A stretch of DNA of 48,398 nt, the filler included, from Catajapyx aquilonaris (taxonomy: Eukaryota), in NCBI GenBank assembly GCA_000934665.2. It is 2 parts of 2 records of this genome, joined end to end, with 100 filler letters (N's around TTAATTAATTAA, not from the genome) between each part and the next. Parts side by side here need not be neighbours in the genome. Positions count along the whole stretch, not along the records: positions 1 to 24,149 come from KZ539372.1; positions 24,250 to 48,398 come from KZ539373.1. The stretch is one strand, 5' to 3'. Shown here one piece after another: positions 23,521 to 36,109 of the stretch (position 1 is the stretch's first letter; each line of letters starts with the position of its first letter). Below the pieces are notes generated by a model. That model ran no database searches, was not told the origin of the DNA, and worked only from the letters and a program-made list of their open reading frames with translations. The translations under genes and the position numbers were made by a program.

Positions 23521-23798
23521 ACTCCCCCTGTGAGCTTAGCTGCTCTCCCCCACCAAGCGGGGTTGGCAACGGTGGCCCTGAGATCAAGAGCCAAGATAGG
23601 TGGCGCTGCCACTAGTGGACAATTCTGAACCATTTCGTTGAGGCCTCTACTACTCCAGCCAATCGGAGTCGACCAAAATGATTCAGAATGGCCTGCTAGT
23701 TGCGGCACCACCTATCTTGGCTCTTGATCTCAGCTCCGCCATGGCCAACCCCCCTTGGTGGGGGAGATGAGCTAAGCTCACACAAAAAGGGGGAGAGT
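23521..23798. mobile_element. Foldback MITE with ~85-bp imperfect inverted arms
   Basis: TGTGAGCTTAGC...CTGAGATCAAGAGCCAAGATAGGTGG versus CCACCTATCTTGGCTCTTGATCTCAG...GCTAAGCTCACA. Confidence 0.75.
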
Positions 23799-24057
23799 GG
23801 CTGCCACCTGCTCCCAAACCAACACCTTAGCAATGAGCAGCTTACACGTTAGTGCAAAAAGTTCATGACTGAAAGAAACCATTCAATTGCAACACTAGCT
23901 TGCTGGAAAAACTATGTGTCACATTGCTTTTAGAAAGTAAAATACTGCTCATGAAATACGTATATTTTTAAACATTACGGTTACTTGAAAATCTGACTTA
24001 ACTGGATGCTAGTCTTCAAATACCATGTTGCTGAAGAAACTCATATCTTTACCTATA

Positions 24058-24149
24058 CAGGGTGTATCTGAACTCAGTGCCCCGACGTATATGACTGCCT
24101 TCCTAGCCACCAGAGGATCGATTTAAGTATAGGAGTCATATGTCTGGGC
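24058..24149. mobile_element. End of the same long-TIR Tc1/mariner MITE, cut by the assembly spacer
   Basis: TA|CAGGGTGTATCTGAACTCAGTGCCCCGACG... identical to the start of 33283. Confidence 0.9.
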
Positions 24150-24249
24150 NNNNNNNNNNNNNNNNNNNNNNNNNNNNNNNNNNNNNNNNNNNNTTAATTA
24201 ATTAANNNNNNNNNNNNNNNNNNNNNNNNNNNNNNNNNNNNNNNNNNNN
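24150..24249. other. Artificial assembly spacer N44-TTAATTAATTAA-N44
   Basis: Exactly 100 nt, symmetric, with a palindromic 12-mer giving stops in all six frames. Confidence 0.93.
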
Positions 24250-24372
24250 TAATATAACATAATATAATATATAGTAATATCCACATAGTATAATATATAG
24301 TAATATCCACATAATATAATATATAGTAATATCCACATAATATAATATAATATAATATATAATATAATATAA
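24250..24372. repeat. AT-rich minisatellite (TAATA-based, ~26-28-nt unit ATAATATATAGTAATATCCAC)
   Basis: Three TAGTAATATCCACATA units plus (TATAA)n; explains the Tyr/Ile-rich ORFs. Confidence 0.85.
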
Positions 24373-24980
24373 TCCGATGATATAATGACGATAAATTGCA
24401 ATACAAGGGATTGCGTCATAGTATATCGGAATTTGCACAAAATTTTCAAATTGCAGAACTTTCGATCAGCTGAGGTTACAATATGGAATAATATACTCAT
24501 TTTATAGGAAATTTAATGCTCTACAACTTCTTCTCTGAAAACGTTCCTCTCAAATGAACGGAAAACGAGATAAAAGGAAACGTTTGTGAACAAACGGGAG
24601 GCAAGAATGTTTTTTGGGGGAATTCGCGATTTTGACGAGCGTATATCTCTGAAACTATAACAGATACGTAAATAGTGAATAGAGACATTCTCATAGGGAA
24701 TTTTACCAGCTTCAAATTTGTACATTACCACATTCTGGCTAGACCTACCCGATTTCGAGATATAATATAAAAACCAAAAAACCGTACCTTCTTCCCCCCC
24801 TCCCCCCTTAGCCCCACCTCCTAGGTCCAGGGACTTTTAGTATGTTTACCTCCTAACTAGTCCAAACAAATCCCTGAGGTCAATTCTTGCCGTCCCGTCA
24901 TTTCCGTCTACACCCCCTTTTTGAGCATTCATTGCCTGGACTAATATCAAAGGGGCGCGTAGCCCTGATTCCGGGCTTAA

Positions 24981-25234
24981 GGTATAGATGCCACCCGCCG
25001 CGCCGCCTTATCTGATTTTCACCCAATCCGGATCACAACCTATAGGGGGATTAGAAGCTCGGCAGGACACGGGGTTGTCATATGCCATGCATTGACAGCT
25101 AAGGTACCTCCGAAATTATTATAAGATAGGCGTATGACGACTAGTGTCATTCCGAGCTTCATATCATGTTTAATTATCGCAGTGGGTGGTCCGGAGTGGG
25201 TGGCATTCAGATAAGGCGGTGGGCGGAAGCTGCC
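24981..25234. mobile_element. Kolobok-like MITE
   Basis: TTAA on both sides, GG...CC termini, subterminal inverted CCGCCTTATCTGA / TCAGATAAGGCGG. Confidence 0.55.
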
Positions 25235-26149
25235 TTAATCCAGCAAGGGAACTATAGCTATAAGACTTCGCTCAATACAAATTAGCTGCTTAAAATATAT
25301 TAACGATTTTTTTTTAGATCCGCGAGGGGGGTTTTAACGGAAATACGAAAAGTAGGTAATGAAATACTATTAGGAAAGAGAAAAACAAGGAGGGCAGAAA
25401 ATCCCTTGAAAGATAGTAGATAGTAGTTTTTGCAAGCAGCGTCGTACCAGGTTGAGTTAGGTAGCTGCAGTTCTGCCAAGGCGTGGAATGCCCCATCTGA
25501 TGAATGCAGCTTGCAATTAAAAGTGAAGTTGAATTCTACCACTCTACACCCTCCCACCCCACCCTTTTCACCCGCGTTACCCTCCATTCACCCACCCCCC
25601 AGCCCCATCCCCCCACAGCTCTAGGATTTACGAGGGTAATCTCCGGAAGAGGATCGTAACCTTCTCAATTTTTTTTCGTCTCCTAAAGCTGCCGAAGACT
25701 GGAATGATTCCGGAGGCCACTCCAAGGCGACTGCATTGGAAATTGGGTTCAGGTTCCCGATAACTTTCAACTACGGGAAAAAGAGTCTGTGGGATTTTAT
25801 GTCGAGCACGGATCGCCAATCATCGGACGACCATTTTCAGAAATATCTTGTCGACCGTGTGTGATCAGGCCAGCTTGACCAGTTGAGGGACAACTAGACC
25901 AGGGATATACATTAGCGGCCATTTTTAGGGTCAACTCTCTGTAACGTACACTGGCTACAGGCGGTTGTTACGACCGTGACGTCCCCGGACATTTTCACCG
26001 ATACGGATGGCAGGTCAATTCTGAAACACCCCGTATTGTGTGGTCCATGCCGTACAGGTGTTGGCAAATTTGAATTCGGAGCGTGTGACAATCAGAGAGT
26101 CATTGCTCGTTCCAGCTGCTTGTCACATAACGTGTCGAGAGCACAAAGA

Positions 26150-26900
26150 TGAATTCAGTTTTGCGGATCGGAAGTGCAGTATTTTTTGCGGTCAGTCAAC
26201 GTGAAATTGTAGCCTGGTGCTTATTACATTTGGGGTTGGATCTGAACCACACAGCCCAGAGTATCCATGTCCCAATTCCCACTTGTGGGAATAAAAGTAG
26301 ACACAATTTTGGAGCGCTGCAGAGCCCTGCTTTCAATCCTCATCGTCCAGCAATAATTGATTCACGCGTTCGACTGCATGAAAACGGCAAATTGTCCCCA
26401 ATAAATATTATTTGCAGAGATTATGCGCTACATCCCGGATACAAAATTACACCGGAATAGATTTGTGTGAATAGAACGGACAGACAGTTGGTTGACACCT
26501 TTTTTGCAAGAAATGGACGTTGAAAAAAATGAAAGATGAAGTGGGCGAAAGTGGCACAATATCGACAGGGGCATTACATCGCTGCGATCTAATTGGAAGC
26601 TGGAGTTGTAAAATGCTATCGGATGGAATTACCAGCGCAGGTGTGATGTTGTCAACAGGTCGATGTGCTTTTGGAAAAATGAGTCATGCCGGTCGTGTTT
26701 CCTTTGCTGAAACATCACAGCCTGACATGGGACTGAGTTGCATGAACCGCCCCCTCATGTATATAGCTGAAACTATCATATTTCCAACGTGCACAAAAGA
26801 TTTTTCCGACTCATTTGGATATGAAAATAATGAAACGAGGCTTTCACGCCAGTTTGTGATCAGCAAAGTACCCGTGTCTGAAACAATGCGGGTATTAAAT
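26150..26900 (+). pseudogene. Possible degraded Merlin/ISXO2-like transposase
   Basis: Fragments in shifting frames (VAWCLLHLGL..PTCG, ENGKLS, GESGTI, AFG...VSFAE..PD, YIAETIIFP..K.F...GY) follow the order of Merlin motifs as I recall them; similarity is weak. Confidence 0.3.
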
Positions 26901-27152
26901 TTTTATGAGTATTTAATGCAACAGCTAATCATGTTATCTGGCGTTTCAATCAGGTTGAAAATGACAGTGAACCTTATTGCATATTTTCCCCAAACCCTTC
27001 ACCTGCATGCAATACTGACATGTTGCTAACAATGCAATTATGCGTGTGCTCTCTATACAACAGATTTTTCTGGACGATTTAATGCCACTTACTCTTGCAC
27101 TATATCAATTACAATATAACCTGACAATTTGAAAAAGGCATGTTTATTTTAA

Positions 27153-27275
27153 CCTCCTGAGACCCCTAGTACACCTTTCAATCACCTTTGTTTTTGTTTT
27201 TTTACGCGTTTGAGTTAGTCAGAAGGTCCTGGAAAAAACAAAGGTACAGTATACTGTACCAGGGGTCTCAGGAGG
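27153..27275. mobile_element. piggyBac-like MITE
   Basis: 15-bp TIRs CCTCCTGAGACCCCT / AGGGGTCTCAGGAGG flanked by TTAA on both sides. Confidence 0.85.
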
Positions 27276-27628
27276 TTAAGGCATTTTTGTCCCATTTTTC
27301 GGTGTTAGAAGCGACACCTTTAGATAAGCAAAAATGAATACACCTACTATAAATGATTTGACTTATTTAAGTTTTTCAAACTTACAAGGTAACTTTTATA
27401 GTGTAGTATACCGGTATGTGAGAACTAGAAGTTGATCCAATTTTTCAGTCATCGGAATAATTATTATACAGTATTGCCTTGGGACACACAGGCAGTGGTG
27501 ATACGGGCTGAGGGATGAACCGTCCTATTATAGGACGGTTGGGAACAAATGGGTTAACCATTGCACATGGCAGTGCACTATCCGCGTCCCCAGTTCATGA
27601 GTCCACGGAGTAAGTGAAGAAGAAATGA

Positions 27629-27778
27629 CCAAGGGGGTAATCACTAGACTGAAAAGTGTACACTGTAGTACCAAATTCAAGGAGTACCACGGAGTAATAA
27701 AGAGTGAGGTGCCTGAGGAGTACCAGGGAGTACCACTCCCAGGTGTACACCGGAGTACCGAAGTGATTACCCCCTTGG
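27629..27778. mobile_element. Small MITE with 17-bp TIRs
   Basis: CCAAGGGGGTAATCACT / AGTGATTACCCCCTTGG, internal GGAGTACC repeats. Confidence 0.75.
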
Positions 27779-30700
27779 AAATGACTCATATCTCCAGAAA
27801 TCAGCTAAAAGAGAAGCGATAATCACAAGAAGTGAATGTCGTAAATAATCAATAACTTCTCTACCCTCCTTCTTGAATTGTGGATGTTGGCAGTTCACCA
27901 ACCTGAATATAGGCTGAATAGTTTGTCCTCTAGCTAAATTCACTTATTTGCTAATAAACTCCAGTAGCTTCTTTGGTACATGCTGGAATGTAGCAGTATT
28001 CGTGAGGCAATTTCTCTGGGAAGGACTTTCGTAATGGGAGGGGCACGCTGCCCCAACCTACCCCATGATCTAACCTTCCTTCTCGGCTGATACACGCCTG
28101 TCCTTCAGCGGATGCATGCCTAGAAGAGTAGGTAAAAGTGCTGGGTTTCTCGTTACGAAAGCGTAGCTCTTCTCTGTTGGTTAATAGCAATAATATATTG
28201 AATTTCTTTCAATAGCTGGGAGGCGATAGTTGCATAAACGGAGTGGCGGATATTCCGAACAGAGCTGTCACCAGCTTATTACAAGACACTAAATCAGATT
28301 CATCATATTCACTGGGGAAAGCAGATCAATTTTATGCTGACGCCCTCGCAATGCTTTGTCAGTCGGAAAAAGTGTGTGTTCCACTGCATGTGTTGCCAAT
28401 TTGGTGATACTCCCATTAGTGCAAATTAGTTACGTAATCACATCGCTGCAGGGGACTATTATATTCCGTTGCTATTTACAGCATAAGTTATTTAAAGAAA
28501 TTAATGCTGAAGCTGTAAAAAGGTCGGCTTGCAACTATGGGCAATGATAGGCTTGTGGTTTATAGTGTTCTTGTACGTTGCAACATATTAGTGGGCATTA
28601 ATTAACATAATATATAGAGTGAATGCAAAACCCATTCATGAACGTCCTGGCCTTCCCCTCTGTCACCGAGGATTTGCCAATACTATGGAAATACCGAGAG
28701 TATGCGATAATTCGTAATGAAATTAAGTCTATGAAGACTACTACAACAATTCAACATTGCCTGACGTAGACTTAGTCAACGTATTCTTGTCTCATGGTCA
28801 AGTCAGATTTTTGATTTATGGTCTCCTAGACTAGAGAATATTTATATAAAAAAGGAAAATTCTTAAATGATAATGAAGTCTTCAAATTCCAAGCCATCAT
28901 CTCGAAGTTTTTCCAATGTGAATTTCAAGACTTCAATTTGAAATGGCTAGTGCTAGTGACAGTATTTCTAATATTTTGTCATCTAGCAGCATTTGAGAGC
29001 GTTTCTATAATGTCGCAAGGAAAAGTCAGTTGCCCAGAGAGGTGCTTATAAGGAAATGCCACGGAACTTTTTTTTCCCCCTTCCTCCGCCATAGCTCCCG
29101 ATCCGTATGCACAGTAAAAAGGGCTTTTCTAGGGTTTGGTGCACTTTGCTGGAAATTCAAAGCCTCGTTAACGGAGCACTGCAGCTCAATAATCTCGAGC
29201 GAGGATTGTCAGTCGTTTCTTAGAGCCAACATGATTGTAATGGAATTTGCCAATTATGCTTGCTTGTCAAGTTAATGATCTTGGTTTTCATTCCTTAATT
29301 TAGTTGCTATTTTAGACGAATAAAAAAGACTAGGCTAATAGCTTTATATTCAGGAATAGCAGTGAAACTACTGTGTAGCTCGAAAATCAACTCTTTTTTT
29401 GTGAAATGTTGTTAGCTGCTGTGGAAATGGTTGCATATGTTGAGACTACAGCATAATAGCAACTTGCGACAACAGGTCGAGGAGCAGCTTGTAGGCAACA
29501 ACTTTTTCTCGTCATTACTTGATTTTTTTTAAAAAAGCTTCTCAGCTTTTATAACATGTTACGTCTCACATAAATATTGTGATTGTGTCTCAGAAGCTAT
29601 GAGCATCTTGTTATCCAAGTACTGATAGCCTACCAGGTTCCTAGCTTAGTCCTGGAATAGTGCCTTTCCTCCCTCCCTCCATGCAAAGCAACGGGATAGC
29701 AGATAGTATCCGGGATCAGGTTGGAGTCTGCTTATTCGCTGGTACGAATCTCAGTCCCTTGTGATGATGACATTAATTGGTAGATAATACGGTGGGGAAG
29801 AGTTTGGGAGTTTGATCGGCAGTGGCTTGTATCGGCTCGTGCGGGCATTTAGGAGAGGTGAATGGAATAGCCCAGGCCTAATGCCGTATAGATGGAAAAG
29901 CCCCAAGCCCCACCCCTTCTCCCCTCCTTTTCCCCTGTCTCTAAACGTGTGCTCGGTGACCCAGACTGCGAGTGCATAAAGCTTGCGGGAAATGGCTGGC
30001 TGGCTTGGAGTCGGAACCATAACCGACCGGCTTTGCTTGGCCCAAAAGACATTATAGTGAATCCGACCTTATTCGGTGCATGCCTCTACTTAGGGAGCCC
30101 TCCAGCCCACCCTAGCCCTATGTCCCGCTCCCTACCCTCAACCCCCCCCCCCTCAGACAAAAGAGCCCAGGGCTTGTTAGGCGTACTCTAAATGCAAGAG
30201 AACTTGCCTTTCCTTCCACCGAGCAGGGCCATTCGCTAGCCACAAAGTGGGGGGTAGGGAGCGGGGTAAGGAGGGGCCACCAAAGTAGAGAGGCTCGTCT
30301 GCACTTCGGGACCTCTCCTCTGGCCTGTTTCCCCAGCTTTGATGGGCGCCAGTGGCCAGGCCTATTGCTGGCTCCGTGTAATAGATGGATGTCTGCACGC
30401 CTCGGACTAGACCAACCAGCCCCCGAGCCAGCTAACCCAACAACAAAGCATTGGGCTGGGATACACACATACTTCTCCCAACAGCTCTTCCTCCCTTTCC
30501 ACTCGCTCATTCGCCTTCTTTCACTCATGTGCCCAGGTCAAGTTATGTGCCCCACAGGTATTCATCAAAATCTTCAAAGAAAAACTTTTTAGCATCCACC
30601 TACGGTAATTGCTTTCACTAAAGTGGACTCGCGCAAAACTTGCCGCTCTATAATAATGAGTTTTGTGTTTTCCCATCCCTGGTTCTTTCCTGACTTTCTC

Positions 30701-32359
30701 CATCACTTGGGCCCCCACCACAACTCTTCCCTGCTTCCTTCTACTATGCCGCCTATCCTTCATCAGTTTGCAGAAAACGGAGCTCACTTTCCAACGGGAT
30801 AACCAGATTTACCTACTATCTGGACTCTTCCCATTTATAGAACACAAAACAGTGCATGACGAAATGTCACACTATTGTTGAGTGCATAATACTGGTGCGA
30901 GATTTGATACACATCCATTAGTATAAAACGAGTTATATTACCTACCTAATGCATTGAGCTTGAAAATAATTGGATATCCATAATTTTGTTGTTTTGATAG
31001 TTTCCTGGTCAGCCATTCAAATCAGCAAACAAAAGGGAGATAACATATAAATGGTACAAAACGAAGGTATTGCAGGATGTACTGTACAGCAGTGATAAAT
31101 TCGCATTGTGACCAGATGGCTCATATAATATATTATACTGTCCATACTAACAGCAGGACTCATGAGCCACCAAAATTGAAGAAAATGAACACGTTCCGCA
31201 GATAGCCGATTACAGTGTAAAATGAAGAAGGGACGGCCGGATTGAAAAAATTAATCAAAGCGAGAAGGGCTGATGGGCGATTAAGGAGGAGGGATTTGTG
31301 GGCTGCTGGACGCAGTGACCTCGTAAAGTGGCAATGGGGTTGCCAGTTGGGACAAGGACAGATAATCTCCTACCAATCCTCCCAGCCAATCGCGACTTTA
31401 TTCTGACTGTCCACTAACTGCAAAACCGCCTCTGTGATTACCATTCCCTCATGTCTCATTAACCCTATACCGGTATCCACTCGTTTTAAAGTAGTCATAC
31501 GAAACGACACAACCCAAATGTACTTCATACTAATTGGTATTTTGTGCCCCCTTCGTTAACAGTTTCTCCGATAATTAGGTGAGGAATTTTTAAATGTGAG
31601 ATTCTAACAGACAGTTACTTGGTGTAATGTACTGCATGTATGGCATTTGTATTTCGTTCGGTTCTGCACACAGGACACGATGGAAATTTGCAGACGTAAC
31701 GTGTTATTTCCATGCAGGGTATGCTACTGGAGCACTCCTTGCGTTATTGTAGCTATCCAGGACCATACAATTTAATAATGAGCTGTTTCAAGTGGTGAGA
31801 AGTGGGCACACGCCACACACCGCATGTCGAATGTGAATTTGTGATGAGCTCTTATTTATTTACGGACAGTTTATTTGTTTATAATGTAGCGGCCATTTCG
31901 ACGTCAATATTTTTATGGCACTTATGCATCATAAATACTGCTATATAGGAACTCTTGTTTTTATTTAGCAAACAGCCTGACGTTGGTTAGAGGTCAAGTA
32001 GGGTGACCCTGAATGTGTATCCTGACATATCCATGACCAAAGTGCCTCTCTTGTTCGCCGGGTGGTAGGAATGTAAGGCGAATATATCGCCAGTCTCGTT
32101 CAGTTTCCACTGAAAATGGCTATGTCTTTCACTTATGGTAAGTGGAAAAAGACGAGAGGAAAAAGACGACACTCCAACACCGCTTGACTTAATCGTATTT
32201 AAAAATTAAATATCTCGCCAAGGCGATGTGTTAGCCCCATGCCGCGTATATCATTCGAACCGCACTGAATCGCTGCTCCCGTCAGATCTGCTCCCATAAT
32301 CTAGGCCGTGCGTAGCATAACAGCTATAACTATTTCTATGCGGCTACTCGGGGTCAGAA

Positions 32360-33025
32360 AGGGTCTGTTCAAGGTTACCCTGAGTAGCCCTGCACCCCAA
32401 ACGACAAAAATTAGGCTCATCGTGTAGTGTATATTCTAAGCACCTAGTTGTACGCTAAGCCCCGCTGTGTTCGCCACTCACTGTATCTTTGATGTGGTAG
32501 GTGGTGCTATCTGGTGGCCTTGGTAGTATTAAAAATAATTATGTTGCCACATGGGGCACCATATCATAATGACAGTTGCGCCAACGACAATTTATGTGGG
32601 TTGTACACCGTAAAAATGTTGTAAGAATAATAGCGTTGGACAAATGCCTCGCGAGAGTGTCAATCATGCGAAATGCAAGTTCAATCAAGATATCACGCGT
32701 TTGCCCAATCGCGTATCTCTCCCTCACTCCCTCTCCTCTCTCTCACTCTCCCCTAAAAGAGAGAGAGGAGAGAGAGGGGCGGACTCAAGATGGCAAAGCA
32801 AGGCCGAACCCTTGATCCAAACTGTTGAAGGTCACCCGTTAGAAGCATTCTTCCATTGAATGACATATATTAGAGTGACTTGACAGCAACATTTTGATCC
32901 AACTCCCCTGCGTTGCCAAGTTTCAGTGATCTGCTCCAATCTAAAGGCACGAATCATTGGGCCATACGGGTTGCCTTTCTGACGAATGACCTGACTGTGA
33001 GTCAGGATAACTTTGAACAGGTCCT
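32360..33025. mobile_element. Kolobok-like non-autonomous element
   Basis: Imperfect TIRs AGGGTCTGTTCAAGGTTACCCTGA / TCAGGATAACTTTGAACAGGTCCT, TTAA at the right end only. Confidence 0.55.
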
Positions 33026-33282
33026 TTAAGGGTTGAAAGAACGATTATATGCAAAATATCGCATAGATTCCGATCTAAATCATTTCTAAAGTCCCAGAAT
33101 TGAGCTAGAATTCATACAATCTCAATCACTGCGCATAGAACTCGTTCCAATATGGCCGCCGGAAGATAACGTCATCCGAAAATGTCCGAGAAAGCACTTG
33201 AGTACCGGTATGTGATTTTTGTGTTGAATTCTGCGGTTTTTGCTTGTAAATATGCCGAAAACTGCATTATTGTGATTATATA

Positions 33283-33674
33283 CAGGGTGTATCTGAACTC
33301 AGTGCCCCGACGTATATGACTGCCTTCCTAGCCACCAGAGGATCGATTTAAGTATAGGCGTCATTATGTTTGGCCGCCGCATTACGGAGGGGATAATTGG
33401 CCGCAAACATGTAGTACAAAATATCCTGTCGGTTAGGCCACCCATCGAACCCTCCCCCAGTCAGAAGGCTCTGGAAGGTCTGGGGGCCGGACTTTGTTGG
33501 TTTGTTGCCCACAGGTGGTAAGGGCTCTTTGGCTAGTTACACCAGAAAATTCTGTTTAAAAGTCAGAAGGAGCGATTAGGCAAAAATCGCTAAAGAGTGT
33601 ATCTCAGTAATGAGGCTGCCCAGACATATGACTCCTATACTTAAATCGATCCTCTGGTGGCTAGGAAGGCAGTC

Positions 33675-33740
<66 letters not shown>

Positions 33741-34117
33741 TAATAATAATTGTGGGGGTAGTGCTCACCGAGAAGGTGTTTTTGCACGGACCTTTATTTT
33801 CAATTCGTACATTTGGAGCCTTGAACGAAGCGCCCGGGCCCACGGGCAGGATGACAGGAGGGGATGTGCAAGGTGCAGTGCGACTGACGCGGTGGCCATT
33901 TTTAGTGAACTCCCCCGGGTGGTTTAGTCTGTAGGAAATACCACCCGAGACGAAGCCAGAGGTGACCCTGAACTCTGCACGAGATGAAGGGGGTGTCCCC
34001 GGGCTGGGATCGAACCCGGGACCTTAACATCCGTGGGCGCGCACGTTACCGCGGCGCCACTTCGTCTCCCCGGAAGGCAGTCATATACGTCGGGGCACTG
34101 AGTTCGGATACACCCTG
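33283..34117. mobile_element. Full-length Tc1/mariner MITE (~105-bp TIRs) interrupted by a SINE
   Basis: TA|CAGGGTGTATC...GATACACCCTG|TA; right TIR split by the insertion at 33680-34071. Confidence 0.92.
33680..34071 (-). mobile_element. tRNA-derived SINE with (TTA)n tail and 16-bp TSD
   Basis: Minus strand starts GGGGAGACGAAGTGGCGCCGCGGT (A box) ... GGTTCGATCCC (B box); tail 33680-33750; TSD GGAAGGCAGTCATATA at 33664-33679 and 34072-34087. Confidence 0.93.
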
Positions 34118-36032
34118 TATATATACGACGTATATATATATTTTTGCAAATAATCCCAAAGTTTTTGTCCGGATTTGTCCGTGGAGGACGGACACGGCGG
34201 GGAGAGAATTAAAACCTCCATAATCTCCACATAAAAATTGAGAATTTTATTTTTCCACTTATTTCAAAGGTGGATATGAGGTCGGTTTTTTTTCAATATT
34301 AGCGTACAACCGCCTTCATTTCCACTTAAAATAACTGGAAATTGTTATTTTCAATATAAAGTTGAAATGAAGGCGGTTTTATGTGGAGAATACTATTTTC
34401 TATTTATCAGTGGAAACTGAACGAGGGTGTAGTACTGTAGTGGATCGTCCTGCCGATAAGTGTTGTGTTCAGTCCGTTTCCATTGTATATGAATTAGCTC
34501 TATACCGTATTTAGATGCATTTAGAAGCTGTCAAATTTTTCTGCGCTTTTTGTTGCTGTGGCATCGTCTTTTTGTCTTGTTTGTACAGCTACTTACAGCT
34601 AATTACAAAGGCGTACTACAGGTCATGAACTAAGTTGTTATCATTTGAAGTGTGCGCAAAATGTATTGTTTTCTGAACATACAAAATTGGTCTGACTTTT
34701 AAGATGCTTATTGCAACTTAGCTGCATGAACAGTGACTCATTGTTATATTAGTCTTTTTGAAATTTAAGTAGAGATAGAATATCATTAGCAATAAAATGG
34801 AAATCCCGGCTTTCCGACACATTCTGTTACGTCATAGAAGACGAGAGCTGCTTAAATATTTGTTTAAATAAGCAGTCATTTACCCATCGTAACAAGTGGT
34901 TTCCACAAAGTTTTAGTGCTTCTCTGCAGAGAGCGGGACAGAGATGCTTAGACAATGATGGCTTAAAATGAATAACATGAGAGGGTTGCAGCAGCCTTGG
35001 TCCTCCCAAAAATGCTCATAGACGTGGCTTTGATCTGGCTGGGGGGAAACTTGCTAGGGCCTTTATCAAGGAGAAAAGCAGCTGCTCTTCGTCTACTAAC
35101 AAGCAGGTTATCCCGAAAATAAAGAGCCTCCCAGGCTTGTAATTCATTAGAGCTTTTTAAATTTGTCAGATGGCGGCCGAAAGCTCCTTCTCTGTTGCCG
35201 GCAGCTTTTGAAGCCCACCAGGGGAGGGGGCCTTGCTTCCATTTGTAACCCTTTCATTCCATCTGATTACGTATCGCAGTCATGTAAGCCATTTGTTAGA
35301 TGCGAGCCTGTTGGCCTGCCTTTCATTTGATGACACATTATCGCCTTCCATTATGTAAGCTCAAAGTGATTATTTCTGAGGCGGAGTCTACGCGTTCATC
35401 TTCTACTCCTGGAAACTCACACAGAAAAGGATATGTGCCAATTGACACAAAAACGTGTCAAATGTATGCCTGAGGAAACACGCCTGTAATGTGTCACAAA
35501 GCCACGCGCCCATTTGCCATCCGACACATTCATAAGCGACACATAAAAGTGAGTCTCGTCAGGCATAAAAGTGGCACACTGTTTCGTGTTGCTTGTAATC
35601 TGTGCCATTTGACACATGTGCTATTTTCCGCTTTTGACACACGACTGTGTGTTTATTAACACTCGCACGATGTGCCATTTGACACAGTGAACTATGGAGC
35701 CTTACTTATTATTGCTCTCGTGGAGTAATTTTACGCCGCCGCGAGTTTGTTATGTACACAACGTCTCTGATTGGCCCATGCGAACGCACTGGTGCACCAG
35801 TGAGTTCTTGTGGTCCATAATCAGAAAGTAAGTTGCACACATCTCGCCGGCCCGGCGTATACATACTCCGCGCGAGTGAGAATGCTACACAGCGTTACTG
35901 AGTAGATATTATGTTAATGCATATATAGCTACTTACGTACCGTTAAGTGCAACAACGGACGCCAAGCGACCAGCAAGATGCAAGCAAAAATTAGGCGAGT
36001 TCTGAAGATTCCCGTCTCGCATCACTGCTATA

Positions 36033-36109
36033 CTGAAGGTTATATGACGTCATCAAGCACTGCACACGATTGGTAAATCGTGTGCATGATGACGTCATAT
36101 AACCTTTAG
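36033..36109. repeat. 77-nt hairpin/palindrome
   Basis: AAGGTTATATGACGTCATCA-(agcac bulge)-TGCACACGATT-ggta-AATCGTGTGCA-TGATGACGTCATATAACCTT. Confidence 0.85.

Noticed and set aside
24194..24500. Tyr/Ile-rich ORFs; also the poly-Met ORF at 9192 and poly-Asn ORF at 33610
   Set aside because: Translations of micro/minisatellites and the N spacer.
29600..31420. GC-richer block with several overlapping ORFs, possibly a decayed retroelement
   Set aside because: No RT, endonuclease or gag motifs, termini or TSD could be identified; left unannotated.
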